From positions 128,001 through 192,000 of the forward strand of contig CAXXJV010000002.1 in the NCBI GenBank assembly GCA_963663475.2: a stretch of 64,000 bases of DNA, read 5' to 3'. Shown here piece by piece: positions 20,467 to 30,827 of this stretch. Numbering within the stretch: the first letter of the stretch is position 1; each line of letters opens with the position of its first letter. A model generated the notes under the pieces. It searched no databases and was not told where the DNA came from. It worked only from the letters and a program-made list of their open reading frames with translations. Position numbers and translations under genes: made by a program. This stretch comes from Candidatus Cloacimonadales bacterium (GTDB lineage: Bacteria > Cloacimonadota > Cloacimonadia > Cloacimonadales > JAFGVF01).

Positions 20467-20781
20467 AAACTATATCCTTGATTTTTATTTATTTTTTTAT
20501 TAGGTAAATATCAGCTTTGGTTAAAATATGTCAATATCTTTTTATTTGAGAAATAAAAAGATAGGAGACTGTTAAATTATCAAGCGACCCTCCCCAGTAG
20601 CTTATCCTTAAAGAAGTGAATAATATTGCCATTAATTAGGTGTTCTTGATAAATCTTCTTATATCCTCAAGGGATACTATATAATACGAGCAGAAGAGAG
20701 CACTAGAGGGGAGATATACCCTAATCAAATACCAATTTATGTCCAGATATAACCTTCATTATAATTTTGTTTATACTTTTT

Positions 20782-20947
20782 AACCCAAATAATGCAGTAG
20801 ACCATTGCGAATAGCACTATCTTCTTTTGCAAAAGTAAGCTACATAATTTTCAGGAATATATATATTATATGCCTTCAAATTCTGTAACTTATTTTGCTA
20901 AAAGAATCTAGCACTCTTCATCAAAGTTCTACTGCACCATTCGGGTT
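20782..20947 (+). mobile_element. MITE family A, 166 bp copy
   Basis: Essentially identical to 2649-2814 (one mismatch seen). Confidence 0.9.
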
Positions 20948-21025
20948 TAAAGAAACTTTGTGATGGTGGTTTTCATGGTCTTCATAAATGTATTTTCTAT
21001 ATTTATTAAGTTAATTTGTGAGAAT

Positions 21026-21059
21026 AAAAAAAGACCCTCATATTGGCATATATGAGGGT
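21026..21059 (-). terminator. Intrinsic terminator
   Basis: accctcatat-tggcat-atatgagggt preceded by a poly-A run. Confidence 0.75.
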
Positions 21060-21082
21060 AGTTTACTGTATCTTTACTTGAT

Positions 21083-22156
21083 TTAGTTAAGATGGAAAGG
21101 ATATAAATCAATATCCTCATCTATCTTTTTCACAAATTCAAAAATTAATTTTGCGGTATTTTCTAAGTCTTTTAAAGAAATAACTTCATTAGGGGAATGC
21201 ATATAGCGATTAGGAATGGAAATTACAGCAGTAGCAATACCACCATTAAGTTTAAAGAAAGAGTCTGCATCAGTACCAGTTCTGTTTGTATCAATAGAAA
21301 CTTGATAAGGTATTTTCTTTTCTTTAGCAGTTTCGATAAGCATTTTCCATACCTTAGGATTTAAGGAAGATCCCATAGCTATAACAGGTCCACCACCAAT
21401 TTTTACATCACCAAAGATTCTTTTATCAACACCAGGATGGTCTGAAGAGAATGTTACATCAACAGCGATACCAATAGTTGGTTTTAGGGTGTCAGCTATC
21501 GTATAAGCACCCTTGCCGTTAGACTCTTCACAAACAGTTGAAACACTGTGAACAGTTGGTAAGATTTCTTCTTTCTCTTTAGAAAGGTAATATTGAACTA
21601 AGCCAGCGACAAAAACTCCTGTTTTGTTATCAGCAGCTTTACTAACTACTATGTCATCAGTAAGTTCTTCATAACCAGGAGTAAAAGTAGCAAAATCACC
21701 AATAGAAACTCTTTTTTCAGCCTCTTCTTTATTTTTAGCTCCAATATCTAACCAAAGATCTTCAATCTTGTCAGGAGCTTTATCTCCACTTTTTACCATA
21801 TGAGCAGCTTTTTTACCAAAGATTGCCCTTACTATTTGTCCTTCATGAACAATAGAAATTCTTAAACCAGGTAGTAAAGTTACATCAAGTCCACCTAAGA
21901 CTCTTACATAAACATAACCATCACTATCAATATGATTAACCATAAAACCAATTTCATCACCATGACCAGCAATCATAACTGAGAAATCAGTTTTGCCTTT
22001 GGTAGTTGCAACAACATTCCCATTAATATCTGATTCGACTTGATCAGAATAATCTTTTACGAAATCATAATAAGCTTTTTGTCCTGCATACTCAAAACCT
22101 GAAGGTCCTTGAGCAGTAACTAAATCTTTATAGAATTCTTTTAATTTTTTATTCAC
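21083..22156 (-). CDS. M42 family aminopeptidase
   Basis: GHGDEIG, KAADNKTG, CEE, AVDVT, GTDAD, RYMHSPNE. Confidence 0.92.
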   Translation of the reverse strand: MNKKLKEFYKDLVTAQGPSGFEYAGQKAYYDFVKDYSDQVESDINGNVVATTKGKTDFSVMIAGHGDEIGFMVNHIDSDGYVYVRVLGGLDVTLLPGLRISIVHEGQIVRAIFGKKAAHMVKSGDKAPDKIEDLWLDIGAKNKEEAEKRVSIGDFATFTPGYEELTDDIVVSKAADNKTGVFVAGLVQYYLSKEKEEILPTVHSVSTVCEESNGKGAYTIADTLKPTIGIAVDVTFSSDHPGVDKRIFGDVKIGGGPVIAMGSSLNPKVWKMLIETAKEKKIPYQVSIDTNRTGTDADSFFKLNGGIATAVISIPNRYMHSPNEVISLKDLENTAKLIFEFVKKIDEDIDLYPFHLN

Positions 22157-22171
22157 TTTAAACTCCGTTTA

Positions 22172-22579
22172 TTAACAATTATTTGCAGTTCCAGCAGCGA
22201 ATGGATTGCCAGTACTTTCTTCTTTTTTCTTTTTTGGGGCATCTTCATGAGGAACGATGCAGAGGAATTTCATAACACTTTCACCAGTGTTCTTAAATTG
22301 GTGATAAATATCAGGATCAACATAGATAACATCATATCTTTTAAAAGGTCTCTTTTCGCCAGCAAGAACTAACTCACCTTCACCTTCAAGGACAAATACT
22401 TCATGCTCCCAAGCATGACTGTGGAATGGGGTATTACCACCAGCTTGTACTTCAAACATTCTGAGAGCAAAATTAGGGGCACTATCCTTTTTGGAGATTA
22501 ACCATCTAATCTTAGTTCCAACAGCACCTTCTACATTTACATCTTCTAATTTGACTTTGTCAAAGGAGACTAATTTCAT
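22172..22579 (-). CDS. Cupin domain protein
   Basis: TPFHSHAWEHE...HQFKN; start at ATG 22579 after GGAGG. Confidence 0.88.
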   Translation of the reverse strand: MKLVSFDKVKLEDVNVEGAVGTKIRWLISKKDSAPNFALRMFEVQAGGNTPFHSHAWEHEVFVLEGEGELVLAGEKRPFKRYDVIYVDPDIYHQFKNTGESVMKFLCIVPHEDAPKKKKEESTGNPFAAGTANNC

Positions 22580-22774
22580 CTTTACCTCCAAGGGTTTTTA
22601 TATTTTTAGAGATAATAATATTTTTTAGTCTTACTGTCAAATAAAATTATTACTTTATTAGATAAATTTAGTCTTTAACTAATTAGTTGTGAAAATAATT
22701 TCACTTTATCTTGACTGATTTACTAGTTAAAAATAGGAGTCCCTTGTAAAATTATTATAAAAAGGAAAAATTGA

Positions 22775-24595
22775 ATGCAGAAAATTAAGAATATCGCCAT
22801 CATTGCTCATGTTGACCACGGAAAAACTACTCTAGTAGATGCAGCTTTGAAGCAAGCTGGTGTCTTTCGTGTGAATGAGAAAATTGAAGAAAGAGTGATG
22901 GATTCTAACGATATAGAAAAGGAGAGAGGTATTACAATATTCTCAAAGAACGCATCTCTCTTCTATAAAGATTATAAGATAAATATTGTTGATACTCCAG
23001 GTCATGCTGATTTTGGAGGAGAGGTTCAGAGAATTATGAAGATGGTGGACTCTGTTCTTCTACTAGTTGATGCTTATGAGGGCCCAATGCCTCAAACTAA
23101 ATATGTTTTAAAAAAGTCTTTAGAACTAGGAATCAAACCTATAGTTGTAATTAACAAAATTGATAGGCCTAACTCTAAACCTCATGATGTTCTTGATGCT
23201 ATATTTGAACTTTTTATGGAACTTAATGCTTCTGATGAACAGCTAGACTTCCCAGTTGTTTATGCTTCAGCTCGAGATGGCTATGCAAAGAAAAATTTGG
23301 AAGATGAATCTGATGATATTTTTCCTCTTTTAGATACTATATTAGAGAGTGTAGATGATACAAAAGGTGATAGAAGTAAGCCTCTTCAAATGCTTACTTC
23401 AGCTATAGAATATGATAACTATATTGGTAAGTTAGGTACTGGTAAAATCCATAATGGCGAGATTTCTGTGGGCCAAGAGGTAGCTTTAATAAAAAGAGAT
23501 GAAAAAGTTATCTCTTTTAAAGTTTCAAAACTCTTTACCTTCGATGGTCTTAAGAAAAAATCAGTTTACACCGCCTATGCTGGTGATATTGTTTCTGTGG
23601 CAGGCTCAGATTTTATTGATGTTGGTGAAACAATCTCTGATAAAGATTTCTTAGAAGCTTTACCTTCTATTGATATTGACGAACCTACTATCGCTATGGA
23701 ATTTATGGTTAATGATTCACCTTTTGTGGGAAAATCAGGTAAATGGGTAACTTCTAAGAAGATTTGGGAACGCTTACAAAAAGAGCTCCAAACAAATGTT
23801 TCTTTAGTGGTAGAAAAAACTGCTTCAGCTGATACTTTTGTTGTTAAAGGAAGAGGTGAGCTTCAGCTTTCAATCTTAATCGAAAACATGAGAAGAGAAG
23901 GTTATGAATTACAAGTTTCAAAACCTAAGGTTATACTTAAAGAGATTGATGGCAAAATTCATGAACCGATTGAACTTGCTATTGTGGATGTCTCAGAAGA
24001 ATTTGTGGGAACTGTGATTGAGATGATGGGAAAAAGAAAAGGTGAGTTAGTTAATATGAACTCTGCTGTAGATGGCTATTCTCGTTGTGAATTCACTATT
24101 CCTGCTCGTGGACTTATTGGCTTTAGAAATGAATTTATGACTGTTACTCGTGGTACAGGTATTATTAATCACAGTTTCTTTGAATATGAACTGCATAAGG
24201 GTGAAATTACTGGTTCAAATCATGGATCATTAATTGCCATGGAAGCTGGCGTTGCCTTAGGTTATTCTCTGAATAATTTCCAACCAAGAGGTGTTCTTTT
24301 TATCCATCCAAACACCCAAGTTTATGCTGGTATGATTGTTGGCCAACACTCTAAAGATTCTGATTTGGTTATCAATGTAATCAAAGGGAAAAAATTAACT
24401 AACATGAGAGCTTCAGGCAGTGATGATGCTTTAAAACTTGCTCCGCCAAGAATATTCTCTCTAGAACAAGCACTGGAATATATTGGCGATGATGAGCTTT
24501 TAGAGGTTACACCTGATGCTATTAGAATGAGAAAGAAAATACTAAATCATTTAGATCGAAAAAGATTTGATAATAAAAAAGGTGAGATAAACTAA
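22775..24595 (+). CDS. typA: Translational GTPase TypA/BipA
   Basis: AHVDHGKTT, DTPGHADFGGEV, GRGELQL, EVTPDAIRMRK. Confidence 0.98.
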   Translation: MQKIKNIAIIAHVDHGKTTLVDAALKQAGVFRVNEKIEERVMDSNDIEKERGITIFSKNASLFYKDYKINIVDTPGHADFGGEVQRIMKMVDSVLLLVDAYEGPMPQTKYVLKKSLELGIKPIVVINKIDRPNSKPHDVLDAIFELFMELNASDEQLDFPVVYASARDGYAKKNLEDESDDIFPLLDTILESVDDTKGDRSKPLQMLTSAIEYDNYIGKLGTGKIHNGEISVGQEVALIKRDEKVISFKVSKLFTFDGLKKKSVYTAYAGDIVSVAGSDFIDVGETISDKDFLEALPSIDIDEPTIAMEFMVNDSPFVGKSGKWVTSKKIWERLQKELQTNVSLVVEKTASADTFVVKGRGELQLSILIENMRREGYELQVSKPKVILKEIDGKIHEPIELAIVDVSEEFVGTVIEMMGKRKGELVNMNSAVDGYSRCEFTIPARGLIGFRNEFMTVTRGTGIINHSFFEYELHKGEITGSNHGSLIAMEAGVALGYSLNNFQPRGVLFIHPNTQVYAGMIVGQHSKDSDLVINVIKGKKLTNMRASGSDDALKLAPPRIFSLEQALEYIGDDELLEVTPDAIRMRKKILNHLDRKRFDNKKGEIN

Positions 24596-24632
24596 CCTAG
24601 AAATCTTTATTGAATGTCTTAAATAAACTCTT

Positions 24633-24661
24633 AAAACGTCTCATTCTTGTGAGGCGTTTTC
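24633..24661 (+). terminator. Intrinsic terminator
   Basis: aaaacgtctca-ttcttg-tgaggcgtttt. Confidence 0.7.
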
Positions 24662-24667
24662 TATATT

Positions 24668-24776
24668 AACCCAAATAATGCAATAGATCTTTGAGAATAG
24701 CACTATATTCTTTTGCAAGCTATTTTGCTAAAAGAACTTGCACTCTTCTCTAAAGCTCTATTGCACCATTGGGATT
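24668..24776 (+). mobile_element. MITE family A, internally deleted copy
   Basis: aacccaaataatgcaataga...ctctattgcaccattgggatt. Confidence 0.8.
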
Positions 24777-24879
24777 AATAGGAAATAGAAGCTCCTTGCT
24801 TCCACAAGAAAGCAAAGATAGACTTTGTGCCAAAATAACAAGAAAAGTCTCTTATTTTAACCCAAATAAGGAAAAATAA

Positions 24880-26115
24880 ATGATAAATCAAATTGAGTTA
24901 ATTATTAATCAGATTGTTGGTTCAACTTGGATAACAAAAATATTGATGTCAATACTTGTAATTGCTACGGCGGTGGTGATTTATAAGTTATCAGTATTTG
25001 TCATCTTGAAGATAGTAAGAAAGCTAGTTGAGAGAAAAGACCCTGAAGTGAGGGGTAACTATCTAAAAACAGGGATTTTTAGAAGAGCTTCTTTACTTAT
25101 TCCCTTGTCTTTTTTAACTGTTTTGATGACTATCTGGGATGGTTATTCTCAAATAGTATATAACATCTTTTATATTGCTGCTCTCTTTATAGCTGTCTTG
25201 GTTATTGATGCTATCTTAAATGCTATCGAGTTAGTTAATAGATCTAAATTTCAAGGTCATCCTAATTTCTCATTCAGAATATTCTCGCAAATAGCTAAAA
25301 TATTCCTTTTTATAGTATTCGCAATCATTTCTCTATCTCTACTCTTTGGTATGTCTCCTTACAAATTTATTACAGGTTTTTCAGCAATGACAGCAGTTGT
25401 TCTCCTCATATTCCGTGACACAATCTTATCCATAGTCTCATCAATGGAGATATCATCCTATGATCTAGTTAGAATCGGAGATTGGATAGAAATGCCTAGT
25501 ATGGATACTAATGGTGAAATTATCGAAATTAACCTGCATCAGATAAAAGTGCAAAACTGGGATAAAACAGTAACAACTATACCTACTCTTAAGCTGACAG
25601 AGCATTCTTTTAAGAACTGGAGACACATGAAGGATTCTGGCTCAAGAAGAATTAAAAGATCTATAAATATTGATTTGAATACAATTAAAATCTGTAGTCC
25701 TGAAATGATAGAAAGTTTTAGAAATATAAATATTTTACGAGACTATATCACTAAAAAAGAAAATGAAATACTAGAATATAACCGACAACAAACAAACTCT
25801 AATTTAAAAAAAAGAACTAACTATAGGGGTTTAACTAACATTGGTGTTTTTAGAACATATATTGAACAATATTTAAAGAATCATAAGGATGTAAATCAAG
25901 ATATGACCTTCCTTGTAAGGCAATTACAACCTAATGATAAAGGCTTACCTCTAGAAATTTATGCCTTCATCAACGAAACTAATCTATCTGAATTTGAAAG
26001 AATCCAATCTGATATTTTTGATTTTCTGATAGCAATATTACCTGAGTTTGAATTGAAGTTATTCCAACTACCCTCAGGCAGAGATTTTAAGAGAAAATTT
26101 AGACCAGAATATTAA
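24880..26115 (+). CDS. Mechanosensitive channel, MscS family (YbdG-like)
   Basis: GDWIEMP, VQNWDKT, FKNWR, RRIKRSI, LVRQLQP, QSDIFD. Confidence 0.92.
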   Translation: MINQIELIINQIVGSTWITKILMSILVIATAVVIYKLSVFVILKIVRKLVERKDPEVRGNYLKTGIFRRASLLIPLSFLTVLMTIWDGYSQIVYNIFYIAALFIAVLVIDAILNAIELVNRSKFQGHPNFSFRIFSQIAKIFLFIVFAIISLSLLFGMSPYKFITGFSAMTAVVLLIFRDTILSIVSSMEISSYDLVRIGDWIEMPSMDTNGEIIEINLHQIKVQNWDKTVTTIPTLKLTEHSFKNWRHMKDSGSRRIKRSINIDLNTIKICSPEMIESFRNINILRDYITKKENEILEYNRQQTNSNLKKRTNYRGLTNIGVFRTYIEQYLKNHKDVNQDMTFLVRQLQPNDKGLPLEIYAFINETNLSEFERIQSDIFDFLIAILPEFELKLFQLPSGRDFKRKFRPEY

Positions 26116-26125
26116 TATAGCAAAA

Positions 26126-28891
26126 CTAAAATTTACTAAAAGGAATAAAGATATCAAACTGATGTTTAGCTGACCTGTTCACAGCATAAGAATATCTAAA
26201 ACCAAGCTTGAATTCTATACTATCAAGCAAGTTGTAATCAAATATCAGCTCATTTCCAAGTGTATTCTGTTCCTGATAAGATGTCTTATTATCAATTGTT
26301 ATAGCAGATTTGGCATAGGCAAGCAGGAAGGAGGTATAAATTCTTTTTAAAAAGATAACATTCTCTATTCCCCGCTCAGGATATAATAAAGGGAGATAAT
26401 ACTTCACTGATGTCTTATATATTCTGTCATGTTCAGGTAAATCGGTATATCCATACACATTGGAAAACATGTTACCAAACTGATATTCATTTGTGTTTTT
26501 CTCTGCTATGAAAGAGTTCTCTAAAAGAATAGAATCACTTTTTCTTAGTCCTTGGAAAGAGAAATCAGCCATTGCGTAAAATTGTTGAGCTTTGTTTTCT
26601 TTCAAAGATTTTTTATAACTAAGCAAATAGTTTTGTCCTAAGGGTGAATAGAAATGATTCTTAGCCCTAATCTTAGAGTAATTAAAGCTTAGGTCGCCTT
26701 TAAAATAGTTTAACTTAAAATCAGCATCATGTACAAAATTTAAAATATTCCTAGCCTTATAACGATCTAAGTGATACAATCCCAGATTTATGTTGAAATA
26801 GCCCTTATAAGAAGCAAATCCGAAATGATAAGGTAACTTTACAGACGAACCATAGGTAATTTCTTCAAATTTATCACTAGTAAAATTAGAGTTTGCATGT
26901 GATATCTCGGACAGAATATTAGGGTAGTGTTTGGACATAACATTGGAAATTGTAGTTTTTATACCCTTGTTAGAAAAGTTAAACTGGCTCTTAGCATGAA
27001 TAGTAAAAGTCCGCATAGGGTTTTGAGAAATAGTGTAAAGAAAAAGATCTTTTTGGTCATAACTAAGACGGACTCTTTTAAAATCAATCAGTTTATAAAA
27101 AGGATTAAGCTTCTTAGCTTTAAAAGTACGCCCATTATCTAGCTTTAAGATATGTGAGCACTCCTGAGTTAAATCTTGGTAGTCATTCCAAAGGATAGGA
27201 GTCCAAAACTCTTCATCTAAATCAACTTGCCTTAGCTGACTTCCCCAGTATCTATTAGACGTAAATACGAGAAGGCTATCTTTAATACTTGCTTGTCCTG
27301 CACTAACTTCAGGGTAAAAAGTCTGATATGCTAAACTATCTCCAAGTGATAAAGCACAGATATTATAGACATTATTTACTGGGTATGAGAAGAATATTTT
27401 ATTATTTGCCACTGTCAAATCTTTGATTGGATCAATAGAATAAGGAGTGATTTTTTCTTGTTTATTTAACTTTAAATCATAGCTATAGATAGCTGATTGG
27501 CCTAAGAAATTTTCTATCACATAGAGTAACTTGTTGTTATTTAACCAAACAAGATCATGAAAAGAATAACAATTAGGATTTGCTATTGCTTTAACAAGTG
27601 AACCATCATTAAAGTCTATTAGCTCAATTCTTTGATCGAAATCTTCATTGTAGGAAACAAGACTTACTAGCTTATGATTAGGCGAGAGCACAGGCTGTAA
27701 GTAGATGTTATTTTCTCCAAGATAACGTTTCTCATTAGTCTTATAATTTAAAATTGCTATCCTAGAGTAGTCTAAATTATCAAAGTTAGGATAGGCAAAA
27801 TTTTGACTCCATAAAATATAAGGCTCAGTAACACTTATCTTATCTGAGTTGCTATAACCTAGTTCAGCAAGATAATTTTTATTTCCCTGCTTATCAATTT
27901 TCACAATTTTAGGGCTTTCTTCAAAACTAGAGTAAAGAGCTATAAGCTCTTTGTTAGGTAATTGATGAGGATGGCTATAAGAAATATTTTTTAGATAATT
28001 TTCCTGGGATAAGAAAGGCTTACTAACATCAGGGGGAAGGGAGTTGATGTCAGATCTAAACTTAGTTTTATAGTAATCATGAGTCTTTTTATAAAACTGG
28101 GCTAAACTAAGACCTGTGTGCTTTTTAAAGGCTGATGAATAAGGAAAAAAGATGTTGTCAAAATACTCCACATCTTTAACAATTTTCTGCCATTTACTAA
28201 GGCCAAACTCAAACATGAAGTAGTCCTGAGCCAGGATACCTAAATAGAGTTGGGATGGTTGCTTTCTCAAATAAGAACTATTTAAAAGCTGATTAATGGT
28301 AAAATCTTGATTATTAAGAGCAAAATCTCTATAATTATCATAAGAATTTAACTCAATTTTCCTTTCAAAAGACTGCATGAGATCAAAGGTTTGGCTTTTC
28401 TCACTAGGATTTTCAAACCAATCTGGATAGAGAGCTTTCTTAGTACTCTGTAAAGATTTTCCTCTTGTGAGATTATAAGTATATTGAAGGAGGTCTTGTT
28501 TTAACTCTGTAAGATTAAGTGAAAGAGGTATATCAGTCAATTGTTGGAGATTATTTAGTGAAATGGGGTCATAATCTAACTTTGCTTGCTTATTTTTTTT
28601 AAAAGAATTCTCAACAAAATTATAGAAATCAAAATTTAGATTCTCCGACATAAATTTAGCATCAATAATAATCCTATCACTTTTAAGTAGAGGCTTCATT
28701 TCTGCTTGTTCGCTAATGATAAACTGTAAAAAAGAGGCTACAAGTTTAGCCCTTTCTTGGTAAGTTACGTCGTAGATTACTTGAGTACTATCAACCTGAA
28801 TATATTGCCATTTAGGTAAATAAAAGAAAGGAATAGCCTGTAAAATAGCTGAGAAAATTATTAAATATATAAGTAAGAATATTCTTCTCAT
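26126..28891 (-). CDS. Secreted/outer-membrane protein: degenerate peptidase-MA-like N-terminus, TolB-like beta-propeller, C-terminal beta-barrel-like region
   Basis: Signal peptide; PDWFE without HExxH; P..SP / W....L.Y propeller repeats; alternating aromatic strands; terminal Phe. Confidence 0.55.
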   Translation of the reverse strand: MRRIFLLIYLIIFSAILQAIPFFYLPKWQYIQVDSTQVIYDVTYQERAKLVASFLQFIISEQAEMKPLLKSDRIIIDAKFMSENLNFDFYNFVENSFKKNKQAKLDYDPISLNNLQQLTDIPLSLNLTELKQDLLQYTYNLTRGKSLQSTKKALYPDWFENPSEKSQTFDLMQSFERKIELNSYDNYRDFALNNQDFTINQLLNSSYLRKQPSQLYLGILAQDYFMFEFGLSKWQKIVKDVEYFDNIFFPYSSAFKKHTGLSLAQFYKKTHDYYKTKFRSDINSLPPDVSKPFLSQENYLKNISYSHPHQLPNKELIALYSSFEESPKIVKIDKQGNKNYLAELGYSNSDKISVTEPYILWSQNFAYPNFDNLDYSRIAILNYKTNEKRYLGENNIYLQPVLSPNHKLVSLVSYNEDFDQRIELIDFNDGSLVKAIANPNCYSFHDLVWLNNNKLLYVIENFLGQSAIYSYDLKLNKQEKITPYSIDPIKDLTVANNKIFFSYPVNNVYNICALSLGDSLAYQTFYPEVSAGQASIKDSLLVFTSNRYWGSQLRQVDLDEEFWTPILWNDYQDLTQECSHILKLDNGRTFKAKKLNPFYKLIDFKRVRLSYDQKDLFLYTISQNPMRTFTIHAKSQFNFSNKGIKTTISNVMSKHYPNILSEISHANSNFTSDKFEEITYGSSVKLPYHFGFASYKGYFNINLGLYHLDRYKARNILNFVHDADFKLNYFKGDLSFNYSKIRAKNHFYSPLGQNYLLSYKKSLKENKAQQFYAMADFSFQGLRKSDSILLENSFIAEKNTNEYQFGNMFSNVYGYTDLPEHDRIYKTSVKYYLPLLYPERGIENVIFLKRIYTSFLLAYAKSAITIDNKTSYQEQNTLGNELIFDYNLLDSIEFKLGFRYSYAVNRSAKHQFDIFIPFSKF

Positions 28892-28908
28892 AGAATAGGC
28901 TTATTAAA

Positions 28909-29649
28909 TTATTTAGTAACTGAGTAAATATTTAAAGCAAGAGAAATAGTTGCCAAAAGAGCAGTGTAGATATGCCATGGGAACTCTCGAGGTGGTGGAA
29001 CTACAATAGTATCACCTTCAAAGATAAGAAGTTGGTCTTCAGATGCTTCAACTGTATTAGAAAACCAAAGATCTCTAATTTCAACATCAAAAATCTCTCC
29101 ATTCTTCCTAATTAATCTTATCTCTTTCACATCACGAATATTTTTGATACCACGAGCTAAGGCTAGAGCATCTGTAAGTTTTAAGGGCTCATAAATTTGA
29201 TACTCACCAGGACTTGTCACATAACCAATGATATTAACCTTATGTCCATAAATTTTTTCTACATAGATAGTTACAACTGGAATAGTTACATAAGGGAGAA
29301 GTCGCTTTTCAATTAAGGCCCTTAAAGAAGAGATATTCATACCTTCAGCTCTTATATTTCCTAGTAAAGGATACTCAATACCTCCATCAGGTAAAACTCG
29401 GATAGATTGCTTTGTAAATTCAGCATGTCCCATAACTACTATAGAGATAATATCTCCCTTTTGTAGTATATATTTCTCAGTTTCAAGAACTGCTAAGGTA
29501 TCATTTGGTTCAAGGTCACTAGATATTAAGCCTCTAGCAATATCATCCTTAGTGATTACAGGAATACCTTCATTATCTTCAATCTGTGCAAAGATAGATA
29601 TCCAACTTATTACAAGCATGGCTAATATATATATTCTGAGATTCTTCAT
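28909..29649 (-). CDS. wza: Wza-like (OPX) polysaccharide export protein
   Basis: YILQKGDIISI, V.PDG.I.YPLLG.I.AEG, SLBB domain (G.V.SPG.Y, ALALA.G), C-terminal hydrophobic helix; no lipobox Cys. Confidence 0.85.
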   Translation of the reverse strand: MKNLRIYILAMLVISWISIFAQIEDNEGIPVITKDDIARGLISSDLEPNDTLAVLETEKYILQKGDIISIVVMGHAEFTKQSIRVLPDGGIEYPLLGNIRAEGMNISSLRALIEKRLLPYVTIPVVTIYVEKIYGHKVNIIGYVTSPGEYQIYEPLKLTDALALARGIKNIRDVKEIRLIRKNGEIFDVEIRDLWFSNTVEASEDQLLIFEGDTIVVPPPREFPWHIYTALLATISLALNIYSVTK

Positions 29650-29720
29650 AATTTTACCATTTATTCCTTAGATTTAACATTTAGTCAATATAGTTGATTC
29701 AGACAAATAGTCAATATTTA

Positions 29721-30827
29721 TTATTGAAGCTCAAGTTTAAGATCAAGAAGTTTCTGTTGATATTCTTGAAGTTTTGTTTCCCAGTAAACTTGGCCATTAA
29801 TAGTCTTATAGATACCAGGATAAGTGAAATACTCAATTTTTCTATTCTTCATCTTCTGCACTTGTCTAGCAAGGGGAATAGCTTTTTGAACAGTTAAGTT
29901 AGTTTCTGCTTCCTTTAAAATCTGTCTGCCAATATTACTTGAGGTAAAGAAGTCTTGCTGAGTGAATTTCTTATATAACTCTAACATAAAATCTTTTTGT
30001 CTTTTTATTCTGTTATGGGAACCAGTTTTAAAGTCTATCTTACGCATATCTTTTGATATAAAGGTAATATATAGCCAAGATGTATAACCATCTATAATAT
30101 GTAATCCAGAATTAACATAATACTCCTTAGCGAAACTTTCTGGGATATCAACTTTAATACCACCTAGAAGGTCAATAAAGTTTATCCAGGCAGGTCTATC
30201 TTGACAGAAGTAGTAATCTATCTTTTTATTGGTAATAGTTTGAATACCGCTGACAAGTCCACTAGTACCTTCATAAAGATAAGTTTCGTAAAGTGTTTTA
30301 GTGCCAGAAACAGGGTCAGGTATAGCAGTAAACCAAGGAAGATGACCAGCTAAGAGTAACTCTTGTTGGGGATATATAGTTATTAAGATATAAGTACGGG
30401 GTAGTCCTGCATAGATAATGTTAATCTGAGGAAAGTCTTCCAGCTTTGGCATTTCTGGGTGTTTGACTTGTATTTCAGGTTCTTGAGGTGGGAGACTTAT
30501 TTTTTCTGGAGCTTTACAGGGGATACAGTAAACTTCCCAAGGCCTTATCTCTTTATCTAGGTTTATCTTTGAAAGGTCTGCATTCTTTTTAGCTCCTTGA
30601 GCAGACATAATAAGTTCAAAGAGGGTAGTTTTAACCTGAACTGGGTAAACACCAGGGTCATTAACACAGCCACCTATACCAGCATAAATTATATCATTTT
30701 CTCTGCTACAAGCTCGAAGAGATAATAGAATCAAAATAATGATAATAATTATCATGATAAGTGAAATAATATAAGAAGCTATTTTCCCTCTTGAGACTTC
30801 TCTGGATTTTTTTCTAGATGTCATCAT
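29721..30827 (-). CDS. Membrane-anchored SLBB + LytR/CpsA/Psr (LCP)-like protein
   Basis: N-terminal TM; GCVNDPGVY...ADLSKINL (SLBB); IDYY, FIDLLGGIKVD, RIKRQ, ETNL (LCP). Start uncertain (30824-30848). Confidence 0.75.
   Translation of the reverse strand: MMTSRKKSREVSRGKIASYIISLIMIIIIIILILLSLRACSRENDIIYAGIGGCVNDPGVYPVQVKTTLFELIMSAQGAKKNADLSKINLDKEIRPWEVYCIPCKAPEKISLPPQEPEIQVKHPEMPKLEDFPQINIIYAGLPRTYILITIYPQQELLLAGHLPWFTAIPDPVSGTKTLYETYLYEGTSGLVSGIQTITNKKIDYYFCQDRPAWINFIDLLGGIKVDIPESFAKEYYVNSGLHIIDGYTSWLYITFISKDMRKIDFKTGSHNRIKRQKDFMLELYKKFTQQDFFTSSNIGRQILKEAETNLTVQKAIPLARQVQKMKNRKIEYFTYPGIYKTINGQVYWETKLQEYQQKLLDLKLELQ

Noticed and set aside
20467-20780. glmS ribozyme upstream of the natA-natB-glmS run
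   Set aside because: The conserved core (AGCGCC...GACGAGG) was not found on the minus strand.
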